Under the pieces are notes generated by a model. It had not been told where the DNA came from. It searched no databases and worked only from the letters and a program-made list of their open reading frames with translations. The translations under genes and the position numbers were made by a program. From positions 1-64,000 of the forward strand of contig CAVWIP010000007.1 of assembly GCA_963755125.1 (NCBI GenBank): DNA of 64,000 nt. The letters run 5' to 3'. Below are positions 30,381 to 41,897 of this stretch, one piece after another; the first letter of the stretch is position 1, and each line of letters begins with the position of its first letter. This DNA comes from an uncultured delta proteobacterium (lineage in GTDB: Bacteria; Myxococcota_A; Polyangia; Fen-1088).

Positions 30381-30414
30381 AGCGGTCCCACACGGTCGAA
30401 AGCCGGAGGATCAC

Positions 30415-30567
30415 GTGTCGAAGAGGACTTTCCAGCCGCACCGAAAGAGCCGGAAGCGAACCCATGGCTTCCGGAAACGTATGAGCACGCCGGCCGGCCG
30501 CGAGGTGCTTCGGCGCCGTCGGAGAAAAGGGCGCAAGAAGCTCACGGTGAGCGTGGCCAAGAAGTAG
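30415..30567 (+). CDS. rpmH: 50S ribosomal protein L34
   Basis: SKRTFQP...[31 protein letters not shown] before GTG 30415. Confidence 0.98.
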   Translation: MSKRTFQPHRKSRKRTHGFRKRMSTPAGREVLRRRRRKGRKKLTVSVAKK

Positions 30568-30572
30568 GCCCC

Positions 30573-30944
30573 GTGCGCGACAAGGGCCGCCACCAAGGGC
30601 TGGGCCGCAGGGATCGCTTGCGAGCGCGGTCGTGTTTCCTGGCGGCGCAGCGGCGCGGGCGCAGGATTCCAGGACGCAATCTCGTGGTCTATGTGCTGTC
30701 ATATCCCGAAAACGAACCCAGAGAGCGAGCCAGAATCGGGATCACCGTGAGCAAGAAGGTCGGCAATGCGGTGGTTCGCAATCGGGTGAAGCGGTGGCTG
30801 CGCGAAAGTTACCGTCGCATGGCCTCATCTGCACCGGGTGGTACCGATCTCGTCATCATCGCTCGGCCTGCGACGGCGCACAGCACATACCAGCGGACGG
30901 CCCATGAACTGAGTGAACTCATCGCACGCGCAGGATGGCCATGA
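30573..30944 (+). CDS. rnpA: RNase P protein component
   Basis: RIGITVSKKVGNAVVRNRVKR (RNR motif). Confidence 0.96.
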   Translation: MRDKGRHQGLGRRDRLRARSCFLAAQRRGRRIPGRNLVVYVLSYPENEPRERARIGITVSKKVGNAVVRNRVKRWLRESYRRMASSAPGGTDLVIIARPATAHSTYQRTAHELSELIARAGWP

Positions 30945-31210
30945 GATGTGAACCCGCCCATGGCAGTCGGATAGCCCGTGGTTTCACGCGTGCGCTGCTG
31001 CGCGGTTACCGAATCGCCATCGCGCCAGCCATCGGCCCGGTCTGTCGCTACACGCCTTCTTGTTCGGACTACGCCGAGGAAGCCGTGGAGCACTGGGGCG
31101 TGGTGCGGGGAGCTTACCTGGCCTTGCGCCGGGTTCTTCGCTGCCACCCATTCGCGCGCGGCGGCCTGGATCCGGTTCCCACCGCTCTCGACCGCGGCAG
31201 GGATCGGTAG
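30941..31210 (+). CDS. yidD: Membrane protein insertion efficiency factor YidD
   Basis: CRYTPSCSDY, RVLRCHPF..GG.DPVP; ATGA overlap with rnpA. Confidence 0.95.
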   Translation: MRCEPAHGSRIARGFTRALLRGYRIAIAPAIGPVCRYTPSCSDYAEEAVEHWGVVRGAYLALRRVLRCHPFARGGLDPVPTALDRGRDR

Positions 31211-31219
31211 GAGACGCCC

Positions 31220-32866
31220 ATGGACAAGCGGCTCGGGCTGGCCATCGTCGTCTCCATCGCCATTCTCTGGGCGTGGTCGGCGCTGTACCCGGCGCAACGG
31301 CCGGCTGCCCCCACAGCCTCGCCCCCGCAGGACGCGACCCAGGCAACCACGCCAGCGAGCCCAGCGGAGGCTGCAAAGCCGGCGCCGAGCTCAGCGACGC
31401 CTGCGCCACAGCCCGCTGTTCGCCCAGCGGAACAGGAACTTGCACTGGATACACCCGACGCGCGCTATTGGCTGTCGAGTTGGGGCGGCACGCTTCGCCA
31501 GGTGAAGCTGAAGAATCGGCAGTTCCTACTCAACCGCCGCGATCCGGAGAGCGGCATCGAGCTTGTGAATACGGGAAAGCCGGAGCTGGCGCCGCTCCGC
31601 ACAACCTTCGCCAAGGCGGATTTCTCGTTCCCCGACGACGTGGCATGGATAGCCGAGCGGCCAGCCCCGGACACCGTCGTCTTCCGCGCGCAGACTGACG
31701 TCGTCGCAGTTGAGAAGTTCTATCGGAGTGAACCGGAGCGCTATCGGCTAAACTTCAGCATGAGCGTGCAGAACAAGAGCGACAAGCCGCAGTCACACGG
31801 CCTGATCGTGCATCTGTACGCCCAGCAAGATCCCGAGAAGAGGGGCGGCGGATTCATGAGCTACGCTTCGGCCAACCTGGCAGAAGTGGTTTGCTGGGGC
31901 AACGACAAGGCCCACCGCTCGGCGGTGGAGCCTCTTGCCAAAGAGCCCATCGACTTGGTAGGCGGCGTGCGCTGGGCGGCGACAGGTGAGAAGTTCTTCA
32001 CCGTCGCGGCGGTGCCTTTCCCAGAGAGCCCGCCCAAGGAGCGGAGGTGCGGCGCGCGCACACTTGACCCGCTCACCGGCGAGGTCTTCCTTTCTCTCAG
32101 CAGCCGAACCTTGGCGCCTGGCGAGAAGACCGAGTACGCCTTCGAGGTTTTCGCCGGTCCCAAGTACCACACCGATCTCGACAGAGTGCGGCCGGGCGGC
32201 GAGGACGCCCACCTGGCGGACGACGTCGATGTCACCTTCGCCGTGTTGTCGCGGCCTATGTTGGCCATGCTCAAGCTCTTCTATCGGCTCTCCGGCAACT
32301 GGGGAGTCGCCATCATCCTGCTCACCATTTTCGTCAAGCTGGTCACCTTCTATCCGACGCAACGAACGCTGCTCTCGGCCAAGAAGATGCAGCGGTTGGC
32401 ACCCAAGATCGCGGTCCTGCGCAAGAAGTACGAGAACGACAAGCAGAAGCTGGGTGTGGAAACCATGAATCTGTACAAGGCCCACGGCGTCTCGCCGTTT
32501 GGTGGCTGCCTGCCCAGCCTGATCCAGATGCCCATCTGGATCGCCCTGTTCTCCACCCTCAACTATGCGGTCGAGCTGCACCGCTCGTCGTTCCTCTACA
32601 TCGCCGACCTGTCGGCCAAGGATCCCTACTACGCCACCCCTCTGCTCATGGGCGTGGTCATGTTCCTGCAGATGCGCATGTCGCCCACCGGCGCCGATCC
32701 GCAGCAGCAGAAGATGATGGCGTTCATGATGCCGATCATGTTCACCGGGTTCTCGCTCTTCCTGCCGGCGGGCCTGTCCACCTACACGCTGACCAGCTAC
32801 CTGCTCGGAATCCTGCAGCAGCTCTACGTGAACTGGGCCGATCGTCGCGCCACCGCCGCGGTCTGA
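31220..32866 (+). CDS. yidC: Membrane protein insertase YidC
   Basis: N-terminal TM, periplasmic domain, NWGVAIILLT, GGCLP..IQMPIW, DLSAKDP. Confidence 0.97.
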   Translation: MDKRLGLAIVVSIAILWAWSALYPAQRPAAPTASPPQDATQATTPASPAEAAKPAPSSATPAPQPAVRPAEQELALDTPDARYWLSSWGGTLRQVKLKNRQFLLNRRDPESGIELVNTGKPELAPLRTTFAKADFSFPDDVAWIAERPAPDTVVFRAQTDVVAVEKFYRSEPERYRLNFSMSVQNKSDKPQSHGLIVHLYAQQDPEKRGGGFMSYASANLAEVVCWGNDKAHRSAVEPLAKEPIDLVGGVRWAATGEKFFTVAAVPFPESPPKERRCGARTLDPLTGEVFLSLSSRTLAPGEKTEYAFEVFAGPKYHTDLDRVRPGGEDAHLADDVDVTFAVLSRPMLAMLKLFYRLSGNWGVAIILLTIFVKLVTFYPTQRTLLSAKKMQRLAPKIAVLRKKYENDKQKLGVETMNLYKAHGVSPFGGCLPSLIQMPIWIALFSTLNYAVELHRSSFLYIADLSAKDPYYATPLLMGVVMFLQMRMSPTGADPQQQKMMAFMMPIMFTGFSLFLPAGLSTYTLTSYLLGILQQLYVNWADRRATAAV

Positions 32867-32936
32867 GCGGCACCTTGCTGGATATCGGGGTAGTCTTCGC
32901 CCAGCCGGAACGGGGCAGGCCAGCCCTGGCGTAGCG

Positions 32937-33557
32937 ATGCGAATTCGTCAGCACGTCAACCCACTCAAGTCGAACTTCTTTCAGATCGTGGTCGAGCCAC
33001 CCGAGCTGCCGGCGGGAGTTCCAGTCGAGGTGGAACTGGGCTCGGCCGAGGCTCACTTTCTCATGAGCCGGGCCGCGGAGGATGCAGGCCGTTTCTACGT
33101 GGGCGTCGAGATCCGCCGCGACCTCGTGGCGCTGGCAAACGCCACCTGTGAGCGACAAGGGCTCAAGCAAGTGCGCAGCGTGTTTGCCAACATCTCGGTC
33201 GACTTGCGCCGGCTTTTCCCTGCCGGCCGGGTGAACCGTTTTTTTCTCAATTTTCCTGATCCATGGTGGAAGGCACGCCAGCACAAGCGGCGTGTCATGT
33301 CGCCCGAACTGGCCGCCGAACTCTTCGACTTGCTGGCCGAGGGTGGCGAGATCTACGTGGCCACCGACGTATTCGACATCGCGCTCGACGCCATGGCGGT
33401 CTTGGAACACGACTCCTCGCGACGCTTCGTCAACCTGCGCGAGCCGTGGACCTTCTTGCGGGAAAGCCCCTTTGCCGCGCGTTCGCGCCGCGAACGACAG
33501 TGCGAGACCACGGACATTCGTATCTGGCGACTCGGCTACCGGCGGGTTTCAGCCTAG
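32937..33557 (+). CDS. trmB: tRNA (guanine-N7)-methyltransferase TrmB
   Basis: [38 protein letters not shown]. Confidence 0.9.
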   Translation: MRIRQHVNPLKSNFFQIVVEPPELPAGVPVEVELGSAEAHFLMSRAAEDAGRFYVGVEIRRDLVALANATCERQGLKQVRSVFANISVDLRRLFPAGRVNRFFLNFPDPWWKARQHKRRVMSPELAAELFDLLAEGGEIYVATDVFDIALDAMAVLEHDSSRRFVNLREPWTFLRESPFAARSRRERQCETTDIRIWRLGYRRVSA

Positions 33558-35549
33558 GTCCATCTGAAGTTGTTCGAGCTGCAGGATGCGGTCGCGGATC
33601 GCGGCGGCCTTCTCGAACTCCAGCTCCTCGGCCAGGTCCATCATCTCGGTCTTGAGCTGGGCGATCACACCAGGCAGCTCGTCGAGCGGCAGTGCGCGCT
33701 TCCCTTTCTTGGGTAGGGCCAGCTTGCCCAAATCGACGAAGTCATCCTGGGCTGTGCCGCTCAGATCCTGGATGGCCTTGCTGATGGTCTTGGGGGTGAT
33801 GCCGTGCTTGCGGTTGTGTTCTTGCTGCAACTCGCGCCGCTGCCGCGTGATCGCGATGGCCCGCTTCATTGAATCAGTCTCGTGGTCGGCGTACATGATG
33901 ACCTTGCCGCGCACGTTACGAGACGCGCGACCGATGGTTTGGATGAGCGAGCGCTCCGCACGCAGAAAGCCCTCCTTGTCGGCGTCGAGGATGGCCACTA
34001 GCGAAACCTCTGGCAGGTCCAGCCCCTCGCGCAGAAGATTGATCCCCACCAGCACGTCGAACGTGCCCAGACGCAGATCGCGCAGGATCTCGATGCGTTC
34101 CAGCGTGTCGATGTCCGAGTGCAGGTAGCGCACGCGCACGCCCAAATCCGTGTAGTACTCGGTCAGATCCTCGGCCAAGCGCTTGGTCAGCGTGGTGACC
34201 AGCACGCGGTCGCCCGTCGAAACCCGCGTGCGGATCTCGGCCAAGAGATCGTCGACCTGCGAGGCCACCGGCCGGACCTCGATCTCCGGATCGAGCAGCC
34301 CGGTGGGCCGGATGATCTGCTCGACCAGGACCCCGCCGGCGCGCTCGACCTCATAGTTCGCGGGCGTCGCCGACACGAAGACGACCTGATGGATGCGCGC
34401 TTCCCACTCCTCGAAACGCAGCGGCCGGTTGTCGAGCGCCGAGGGCAGACGAAAGCCGAAATCCACCAGGGTCTGCTTGCGCGAGCGGTCGCCCTTGTGC
34501 ATGGAACCGATCTGGGGCACGGACTGGTGCGATTCGTCCACGAAGGTCAAACAGTCCTCGGGGAAGTAGTCGAGCAAAGTGGGAGGAGGCTCGCCGGGCT
34601 TGCGGCCCGAAAGGTGGCGCGAATAGTTCTCGATGCCCTTGCAGCGACCCATCTGCTCCAGCATCTCGAGGTCGTAGAGCGTACGCTGCTGTAAACGCTG
34701 TTCTTCCACAAGGTGATTTCCCGCGTGCAACTCGGTCAAGCGCTCGCGCAGTTCCTCCTTGATGCCGCTCATGGCTCGTACCAGTTGCTCGCTCGGGGTC
34801 ACGTAGTGCGAGCCGGGAAAGATAGACACCTCGTCCAGCTTGCGCAGTACCTTGCCGCGCAGAGGATCCACCTCGGAGATGGTCTCGATCTCGTCGCCGA
34901 ACCATTCCACACGCAGGGCTTTCTCGCGTTCGTAGGCCGGAAAGATCTCCACCACGTCGCCGCGCACGCGGAACTTGCCGCGGGAAAAGTCCATGTCGTT
35001 GCGCTCGTACTGGATCTCGATCAGGCGGCGCAGGACCGCATCGCGCCGCACCTCCACGCCAGCGGCCAGATCGATTTTCATGTCGAGATACGCTTCCGGC
35101 GCACCGATGCCGTAGATGCAGGACACCGACGCGACGATGATCACATCGCGCCGGGTGAGCAGGGCGTAGGTGGCGGCGTGGCGCATGCGATCGATCTCTT
35201 CGTTGATGAGCGAATCCTTCTCGATATAGGTATCCGTCGACGGGACGTAGGCCTCCGGCTGGTAGTAGTCGTAGTAGCTGACGAAGAAATGGACCGCGTT
35301 GTCGGGGAACAGGCTCTTGAACTCGCCGTAGAGCTGGTGGGCCAGCGTCTTGTTGTGAGCCATCACCAGGGTGGGGCGCTGGGCCTGGGCGATCACGTGA
35401 GCCATGGTGAAGGTCTTGCCACTGCCCGTGATGCCGAGCAGGACCTGCGCCGCATCGCCGCGCTTCACGCCGGCGACCAGCTCTGCGATGGCGCGCGGCT
35501 GGTCCCCGGTGGGCACAAGATCACTTGTCAGCTTGAATGGCGTCGGCAT
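33549..35549 (-). CDS. uvrB: Excinuclease ABC subunit B
   Basis: [40 protein letters not shown]-terminal UVR coiled coil. Start ATG 35549. Confidence 0.99.
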   Translation of the reverse strand: MPTPFKLTSDLVPTGDQPRAIAELVAGVKRGDAAQVLLGITGSGKTFTMAHVIAQAQRPTLVMAHNKTLAHQLYGEFKSLFPDNAVHFFVSYYDYYQPEAYVPSTDTYIEKDSLINEEIDRMRHAATYALLTRRDVIIVASVSCIYGIGAPEAYLDMKIDLAAGVEVRRDAVLRRLIEIQYERNDMDFSRGKFRVRGDVVEIFPAYEREKALRVEWFGDEIETISEVDPLRGKVLRKLDEVSIFPGSHYVTPSEQLVRAMSGIKEELRERLTELHAGNHLVEEQRLQQRTLYDLEMLEQMGRCKGIENYSRHLSGRKPGEPPPTLLDYFPEDCLTFVDESHQSVPQIGSMHKGDRSRKQTLVDFGFRLPSALDNRPLRFEEWEARIHQVVFVSATPANYEVERAGGVLVEQIIRPTGLLDPEIEVRPVASQVDDLLAEIRTRVSTGDRVLVTTLTKRLAEDLTEYYTDLGVRVRYLHSDIDTLERIEILRDLRLGTFDVLVGINLLREGLDLPEVSLVAILDADKEGFLRAERSLIQTIGRASRNVRGKVIMYADHETDSMKRAIAITRQRRELQQEHNRKHGITPKTISKAIQDLSGTAQDDFVDLGKLALPKKGKRALPLDELPGVIAQLKTEMMDLAEELEFEKAAAIRDRILQLEQLQMDLG

Positions 35550-35597
35550 GTGCGTGTCTCGACAGATCGGGCGCGCGCGACATAGTGTACCGGCCAA

Positions 35598-36257
35598 ATG
35601 GCGCTCGTGCTGCGCGGATACTACGCAGTTCTCAATCTACAGGGCGAGGCACCCGAGGAGCCGGGCGCTCTGCTCGGGCGCGCCAGAGCGCGGCTTGCGG
35701 CGCGGCCCGCGTGCCTGCAGCTCCGGGCCAAGCGCGTGGGCGCGGCCGACCTCGGGCGGACCGCGACGCTCCTCTTGCCCGCTTGCCGCGCGGCGGGCGT
35801 GCCCCTGTACGTGAACGACAGGCTCGATGTGGCATTGGCCGTCGGCGCGGATGGCGTGCACCTCGGACAAGACGATCTGCCTCTGCGCGATGCTCTGCGG
35901 ATTCGCGCCGGCCGGCGATTGATCGTCGGCGTTTCTACGCACGATCTGGCACAGGCCCAGGCCGCTGCGCGCGAAGGGGCCGACTACATCGGTTTCGGCC
36001 CCATCTTTGCCACGCAGAGCAAGGCCAACCCCGAGCCGGCGGTGGGCCTGGCCAAACTCCGCCAAGTATGTGCTGTGGTTTCGCCTCCTGTGGTCGCGAT
36101 TGGTGGGATCACTTTGGCGACCGTCGACGCAGTGGCTGCAACCGGGGCCAGCGCCGCGGCAGTCATTGCAGCTATTGATCAAGCCGACGATCCTACGGCT
36201 GCAGCCATGAGGATCGCGGAGGCGTTCGTTACACGCGAACCGCCACCACGAACTTGA
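35598..36257 (+). CDS. thiE: Thiamine-phosphate synthase
   Basis: [37 protein letters not shown]. Confidence 0.94.
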   Translation: MALVLRGYYAVLNLQGEAPEEPGALLGRARARLAARPACLQLRAKRVGAADLGRTATLLLPACRAAGVPLYVNDRLDVALAVGADGVHLGQDDLPLRDALRIRAGRRLIVGVSTHDLAQAQAAAREGADYIGFGPIFATQSKANPEPAVGLAKLRQVCAVVSPPVVAIGGITLATVDAVAATGASAAAVIAAIDQADDPTAAAMRIAEAFVTREPPPRT

Positions 36258-37494
36258 GGTAGTTCCCCTCGGGGAACCCGGGATGCACGGGAAAGTCAGG
36301 GGGAAGACCCAGGCGCTCGATGACCCGCAGTTCGAAACCCCGCAGGGCCGCGCCTTCACCCAGCGCCTTGTCCACCTCGGCGGCTGATAGCTTGGCCGCG
36401 TTGTTGGCAAACGCCAACAGTCCGCCTGGCTCGAGCACGGCTCCTGCCGCTCCGGCCAGCTCAGCCAAGTCCGATGCCGCTGAAAAGGTCCGGCCGGGGC
36501 CCTGACCGTGGGCGAAGGTCGGCGGATCGCAGATCACAATGTCGAAGCGGCGCTTGCGCGACAGGAAGCGTTCGAGAATCTTGCTCGCCTCGGCCGTGAC
36601 TTGCTCCATGCGGGCCGGATCGAGGCCAGAGAGCTCGTAGTTGCGCCGCGCGCGCGCGTGCGCTTTGGCCGAGGTGTCCACCGCGACGACCTCAGCGGCG
36701 CCGGCCCGCGCCGCGCGTACAGAGAAGGCACCGGTGTAGGAGAAGAGATTGAGAACGCGGCGCTCGGCAGCGCGCCGGGCTACGCTGTCGCGCCCGAGGC
36801 GCAGATCGGGGAAGAAGCCGACGCCGAGAGGCGCCGTCACGTCGACTGCGAAACGGCACCCGGTCTCTTCAACCACCACTTCGAGAGGGGCCTCTTCGCC
36901 GCGTGCCCGGGTTGCGGGATCCGCCGGAGCCTGGCCGGCCAAGGGACGCAGTCGTTTCTGTTCGTAAATACCACGCGGATGGATCGCCTCCGCGATCGCA
37001 TCCAGCAGTTCATCGCGCCAGGGCAGGGCGCCCGGCGAGTACCACTGCACGACCACGAAGTCGCCGTAGCGATCGACAGTGACGCCCGGCAGGCCCTCGC
37101 TCTCGCCCGCAAACAGGCGTAGGGCGGTGGGTCTGTCCGGCCCGAGCAGCAGCCAGCGCAGCTGTACGGCGCGCAGCAAGCGTTTGGCAATGGTTCCGGA
37201 TCCTGGGTGTATCCGCTCAGCCGGATCACGCGACAGCACGCGAACGGCTACCGAATGGTCCCGGTCCACGTATCCGCGGGCGACGAAGGCGCCGTTTCCC
37301 GCCATGAGATCAACGACAGCGCCGGTCGGCTCGCTGATAGCCCGTCCGGCCAAGGCCTCACGAAAGACCCATGGGTGGCCGCCGCGCAAACGTCGCGTTA
37401 CGTCATCGGGAATCCGGTATGACCCCGCGCGAACGAACATACCAACCACGGGGGCCCGGGGAATTCTGGACGCACCACGCCCTTTGCGGTTCAT
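36229..37494 (-). CDS. RlmI-like class I SAM-dependent rRNA methyltransferase (PUA + MTase)
   Basis: GHPWVF, ESEGLPGVTVDRY, GFFPDLR, LNLFSYTGAF, DPPTF, YLK. Start probably ATG 37494. Confidence 0.88.
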   Translation of the reverse strand: MNRKGRGASRIPRAPVVGMFVRAGSYRIPDDVTRRLRGGHPWVFREALAGRAISEPTGAVVDLMAGNGAFVARGYVDRDHSVAVRVLSRDPAERIHPGSGTIAKRLLRAVQLRWLLLGPDRPTALRLFAGESEGLPGVTVDRYGDFVVVQWYSPGALPWRDELLDAIAEAIHPRGIYEQKRLRPLAGQAPADPATRARGEEAPLEVVVEETGCRFAVDVTAPLGVGFFPDLRLGRDSVARRAAERRVLNLFSYTGAFSVRAARAGAAEVVAVDTSAKAHARARRNYELSGLDPARMEQVTAEASKILERFLSRKRRFDIVICDPPTFAHGQGPGRTFSAASDLAELAGAAGAVLEPGGLLAFANNAAKLSAAEVDKALGEGAALRGFELRVIERLGLPPDFPVHPGFPEGNYLKFVVAVRV

Positions 37495-37569
37495 TCTGAC
37501 ACTCCGAGACAGAAGCGAGCGGGAAGGTGCATGGCGGCGCAGAATACGACGGGCACGGCGTGGGCTCGA

Positions 37570-37598
37570 ACCATAGGGAGCAGCGCTCGCCCTGTCAA
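37570..37598 (-). promoter_or_regulatory. Putative sigma70 promoter of the RlmI-like gene
   Basis: Minus strand TTGACA-N17-TATGGT. Confidence 0.7.
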
Positions 37599-37716
37599 AC
37601 CCGTTAACGCCCACACAGGGGATTGACTTTGAACTGCCTCGCCGGGAAACTGCCACTGCAGTCTCATACGTCTAGCGCGGCGAATTGCTTGTGATCCGAA
37701 AGAAAGGAAATTCTCC

Positions 37717-38844
37717 ATGACGAGCGGGCCCGGGGCTACAGGGAAGACCGACGTGCCCCCAGACGAAGCCATTGAAGAGATCTCCGGCCTCTTGGAAATG
37801 GACGACTTAAAAGCCGGCGAGTCGGAAACCACAGACGGTTCCGAAGCGCCAGAGGCTGATGCCGCGCATGCTGCCGAAACTGCCGCTGGCGATGCTCTCG
37901 ACGTCTCCATGGAGACCCCGGGCGCCGTGAAGCTGGACTCGTATCTAGTTCCTCCTCCCGTCGGCGAAGAGCCTGCGAACGGGTCCGAGCCGGAGTCCGC
38001 CTCGGCGACCAACATGGCGTACGAGGATCTGCTTGAGAAGCTGGTTCTGCCCGCACAGCCAGCCGCTCCCGATGAAGCGGAGGCAGCCGAGGAGCCGCCG
38101 CCGTTCGCCTCGCCCCAGTCCAGCTCGGCGCATCTTTCGTCGACGCCATTGGCCAGTATCTTCCCACCACAACCCGCCGCCACCGAAGAGCGCACGGTCG
38201 TAACAGCCAACCCGCTCTTGGCCGAGGAACAGGAAGCGGCCGCCCGCGAGGCCGAGAACTACATTCTCCCAGCGGCTCCGGTGGAAGCGCCTGCATTCGT
38301 GGAGTCACCGATCGTCGCGCAGCCTGTCCGCGCGAAGCTCCAGCCAGCCGGCCTGGCCCCGAGCAAGTTCATCCAGATTTCCTACCCGATGTTCGGTTTC
38401 ATGATGCTCGCTGCGGTGATGGTGGGTGGCGTGTTTTCCCGGCTAGTGGCTCCGCCGCGTGCGGTCGTGATTTCGCCACCTGCTCAGGCCCCGATCCTGG
38501 TAGCCAGACCCGTTGTCCCGGCGCAGCCGGCGCAACCCGCGAACCCCGCGCCTCAGGTGGTGCCGCTGCCCACGCCCGCGGAGTCTCCCGCAGGTGCCCC
38601 GGCGGCCGCACAGCCCTCCGCCACTGCCGAAGCCAAGCCGCCATCCGAGATCCCGACGGCCGAGCCCGCGCCGGAGGAATCGAGCGCGGGCGAATCCAAG
38701 ACTGCGGCAAAGGCCAGGGTGCATCACGCGACTAAGTCCCCTCGAACCTCCAACAAGAGCGCTGCGCCAAAGGCGGCCCCGGCCAAGCCAGCGGCGCCCA
38801 AGAAGCCAGCCAAGGGCGGCTGGGTCGATCCGTTTGCTCAATAG
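37717..38844 (+). CDS. Hypothetical bitopic membrane protein (acidic N-terminus, TM, Pro/Ala-rich tail ending WVDPF)
   Basis: AAAGGA before ATG; TM MFGFMMLAAVMVGGVF; composition strongly biased by region. Confidence 0.75.
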   Translation: MTSGPGATGKTDVPPDEAIEEISGLLEMDDLKAGESETTDGSEAPEADAAHAAETAAGDALDVSMETPGAVKLDSYLVPPPVGEEPANGSEPESASATNMAYEDLLEKLVLPAQPAAPDEAEAAEEPPPFASPQSSSAHLSSTPLASIFPPQPAATEERTVVTANPLLAEEQEAAAREAENYILPAAPVEAPAFVESPIVAQPVRAKLQPAGLAPSKFIQISYPMFGFMMLAAVMVGGVFSRLVAPPRAVVISPPAQAPILVARPVVPAQPAQPANPAPQVVPLPTPAESPAGAPAAAQPSATAEAKPPSEIPTAEPAPEESSAGESKTAAKARVHHATKSPRTSNKSAAPKAAPAKPAAPKKPAKGGWVDPFAQ

Positions 38845-39013
38845 ATGTGCCGTCGCCTGAGCCGGGCCGGGTGGTTCAGACCGCGGCGCCTGCGAGCGCA
38901 TTAGGGTTGGGCGACCGGCAGAGAGTGGTTCTTGCCTCGCTGCTAACCCACTGTTACTGTTTTACAATTGCTAAAGGAGCCGCTTGGATCTGACGACGGC
39001 TCATTGGGGTAAC

Positions 39014-40711
39014 ATGAGTCGACTAGGAGAGCTCTTACTGCGGGATCAAATCATCTCGCCGGAGCAGCTCCAACGCGCACAAGAAGAAAGCAGGAAGTCG
39101 GGTGACCGACTGGGGAATGCCCTTATCAAGACCGGGGCAATCCCAGAGGAGGATCTGACTCAGTTTCTCTCCAAGCAATATGGCGTGCCCGCAGTCAACC
39201 TGGCGGAGTTCGACATCGACGCAGAGGTCATCGCCCTCGTACCCAAGGACGTGGCCCTCCGTCATCGGGTGGTGCCGGTCAACCGGGCCGGGTCTTCGCT
39301 CATCGTGGCCATCGCTGATCCTTCCAACATCCTCGCCATCGACGATCTCAAGTTCGTCACTGGCTACAACATCGAGGCCGTGGTGGCCTCCGATGTTGGC
39401 ATCTCGGAGGCCATCGAGAGGTACTACAACAAGAAGGCAGAGCTCGACATCACCAAGGTGATGAACGAGATCCAGGAATCGGTGGAGCTGGAAGCCTCCG
39501 CCGATGGCGAAATCAATCTTTCGGACCTCGAGCGCGCCGCCGAAGACGCACCTGTGGTCAAACTGTGCAATCACCTCTTGCTCTCGGCCATCCAGCAGGG
39601 CGCTTCCGACATCCACGTCGAGCCCTACGAGAAGAGCTACCGGGTTCGTTTTCGCATCGATGGCGTGCTCCACGAGGAGATGTCGCCGCCGGTGAAGCTC
39701 AAGGCCGCGCTCTCCAGCCGCCTCAAAATCATGGCCCACCTGGACATCGCCGAACGCCGTTTGCCCCAGGATGGCCGCATCAAGCTCAAGGTGGGCGAAG
39801 ACAAGGAGATGGACTTCCGCGTGTCGGTACTGCCCACCTTGTTCGGCGAGAAGATCGTCCTCCGGCTCTTGGACAAGAGCAATCTGCAGCTCGACATGAC
39901 CAAGCTCGGCTTCGAACCGGACCAACTGGCCGACTTCAAGTCCGCCATCGAGTGCCCGTACGGAATGGTGCTGGTCACCGGACCGACCGGCTCGGGCAAG
40001 ACCACGACGCTGTATTCAGCCCTCTCCGAGCTCAACACCCTCACCGACAACATCTGCACGGCCGAGGATCCGGTCGAGTTCAATCTTCCCGGCATCAACC
40101 AGGTTCAGATGCACGAAGATATCGGGCTGAACTTCGCCGCGGCTCTGCGCTCGTTCTTGCGGCAGGATCCCGACATCATCATGATCGGCGAGATCCGTGA
40201 CTTCGAGACGGCCGAGATCGCCATCAAGGCGGCCCTCACCGGCCACCTGGTGTTGTCCACGTTGCACACCAACGACGCGCCCTCCACCATCACGCGTCTG
40301 CTCAACATGGGGGTCGAGCCGTTTCTGGTCACCGCTTCGGTGCAACTGGTGCAGGCGCAGCGGCTGGTTCGCAAGATCTGTGCGAACTGCAAGCAACCCA
40401 CGCCAACGCCCAAGGACGAACTCAAGGCCCTGGGCGCCACCGACGAGGAAATCGAAACCGTGACCTGCCAGCGTGGGGTGGGCTGCCAGGTGTGTGGCGG
40501 GTCCGGCTACAAGGGTCGCGTCGCGCTCTATGAGGTTATGCCCTTCAAGGATGCCCTGAAGGAGCTGGTGTTGCAGGGCGCCGCTGCGGTCGAGATCAAA
40601 GCGGAAGCCATCCGCCAGGGCATGCGGACCCTGCGCATGTCAGGTGTACGCAAGATCTGCGAAGGCGTCACATCGGTGGACGAGGTCGCCCGCATCACCG
40701 CCGCCGACTAG
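39014..40711 (+). CDS. pilB: Type IV pilus extension ATPase PilB
   Basis: N-terminal MshEN-like RLG repeats; ASDIHVEP, GPTGSGKTTT, RQDPD, GHLVLSTLHTN, tetracysteine motif. Start ATG 39014. Confidence 0.97.
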   Translation: MSRLGELLLRDQIISPEQLQRAQEESRKSGDRLGNALIKTGAIPEEDLTQFLSKQYGVPAVNLAEFDIDAEVIALVPKDVALRHRVVPVNRAGSSLIVAIADPSNILAIDDLKFVTGYNIEAVVASDVGISEAIERYYNKKAELDITKVMNEIQESVELEASADGEINLSDLERAAEDAPVVKLCNHLLLSAIQQGASDIHVEPYEKSYRVRFRIDGVLHEEMSPPVKLKAALSSRLKIMAHLDIAERRLPQDGRIKLKVGEDKEMDFRVSVLPTLFGEKIVLRLLDKSNLQLDMTKLGFEPDQLADFKSAIECPYGMVLVTGPTGSGKTTTLYSALSELNTLTDNICTAEDPVEFNLPGINQVQMHEDIGLNFAAALRSFLRQDPDIIMIGEIRDFETAEIAIKAALTGHLVLSTLHTNDAPSTITRLLNMGVEPFLVTASVQLVQAQRLVRKICANCKQPTPTPKDELKALGATDEEIETVTCQRGVGCQVCGGSGYKGRVALYEVMPFKDALKELVLQGAAAVEIKAEAIRQGMRTLRMSGVRKICEGVTSVDEVARITAAD

Positions 40712-40721
40712 AGGAGCACTA

Positions 40722-41891
<1,170 letters not shown>

Positions 41892-41897
41892 ACACAG

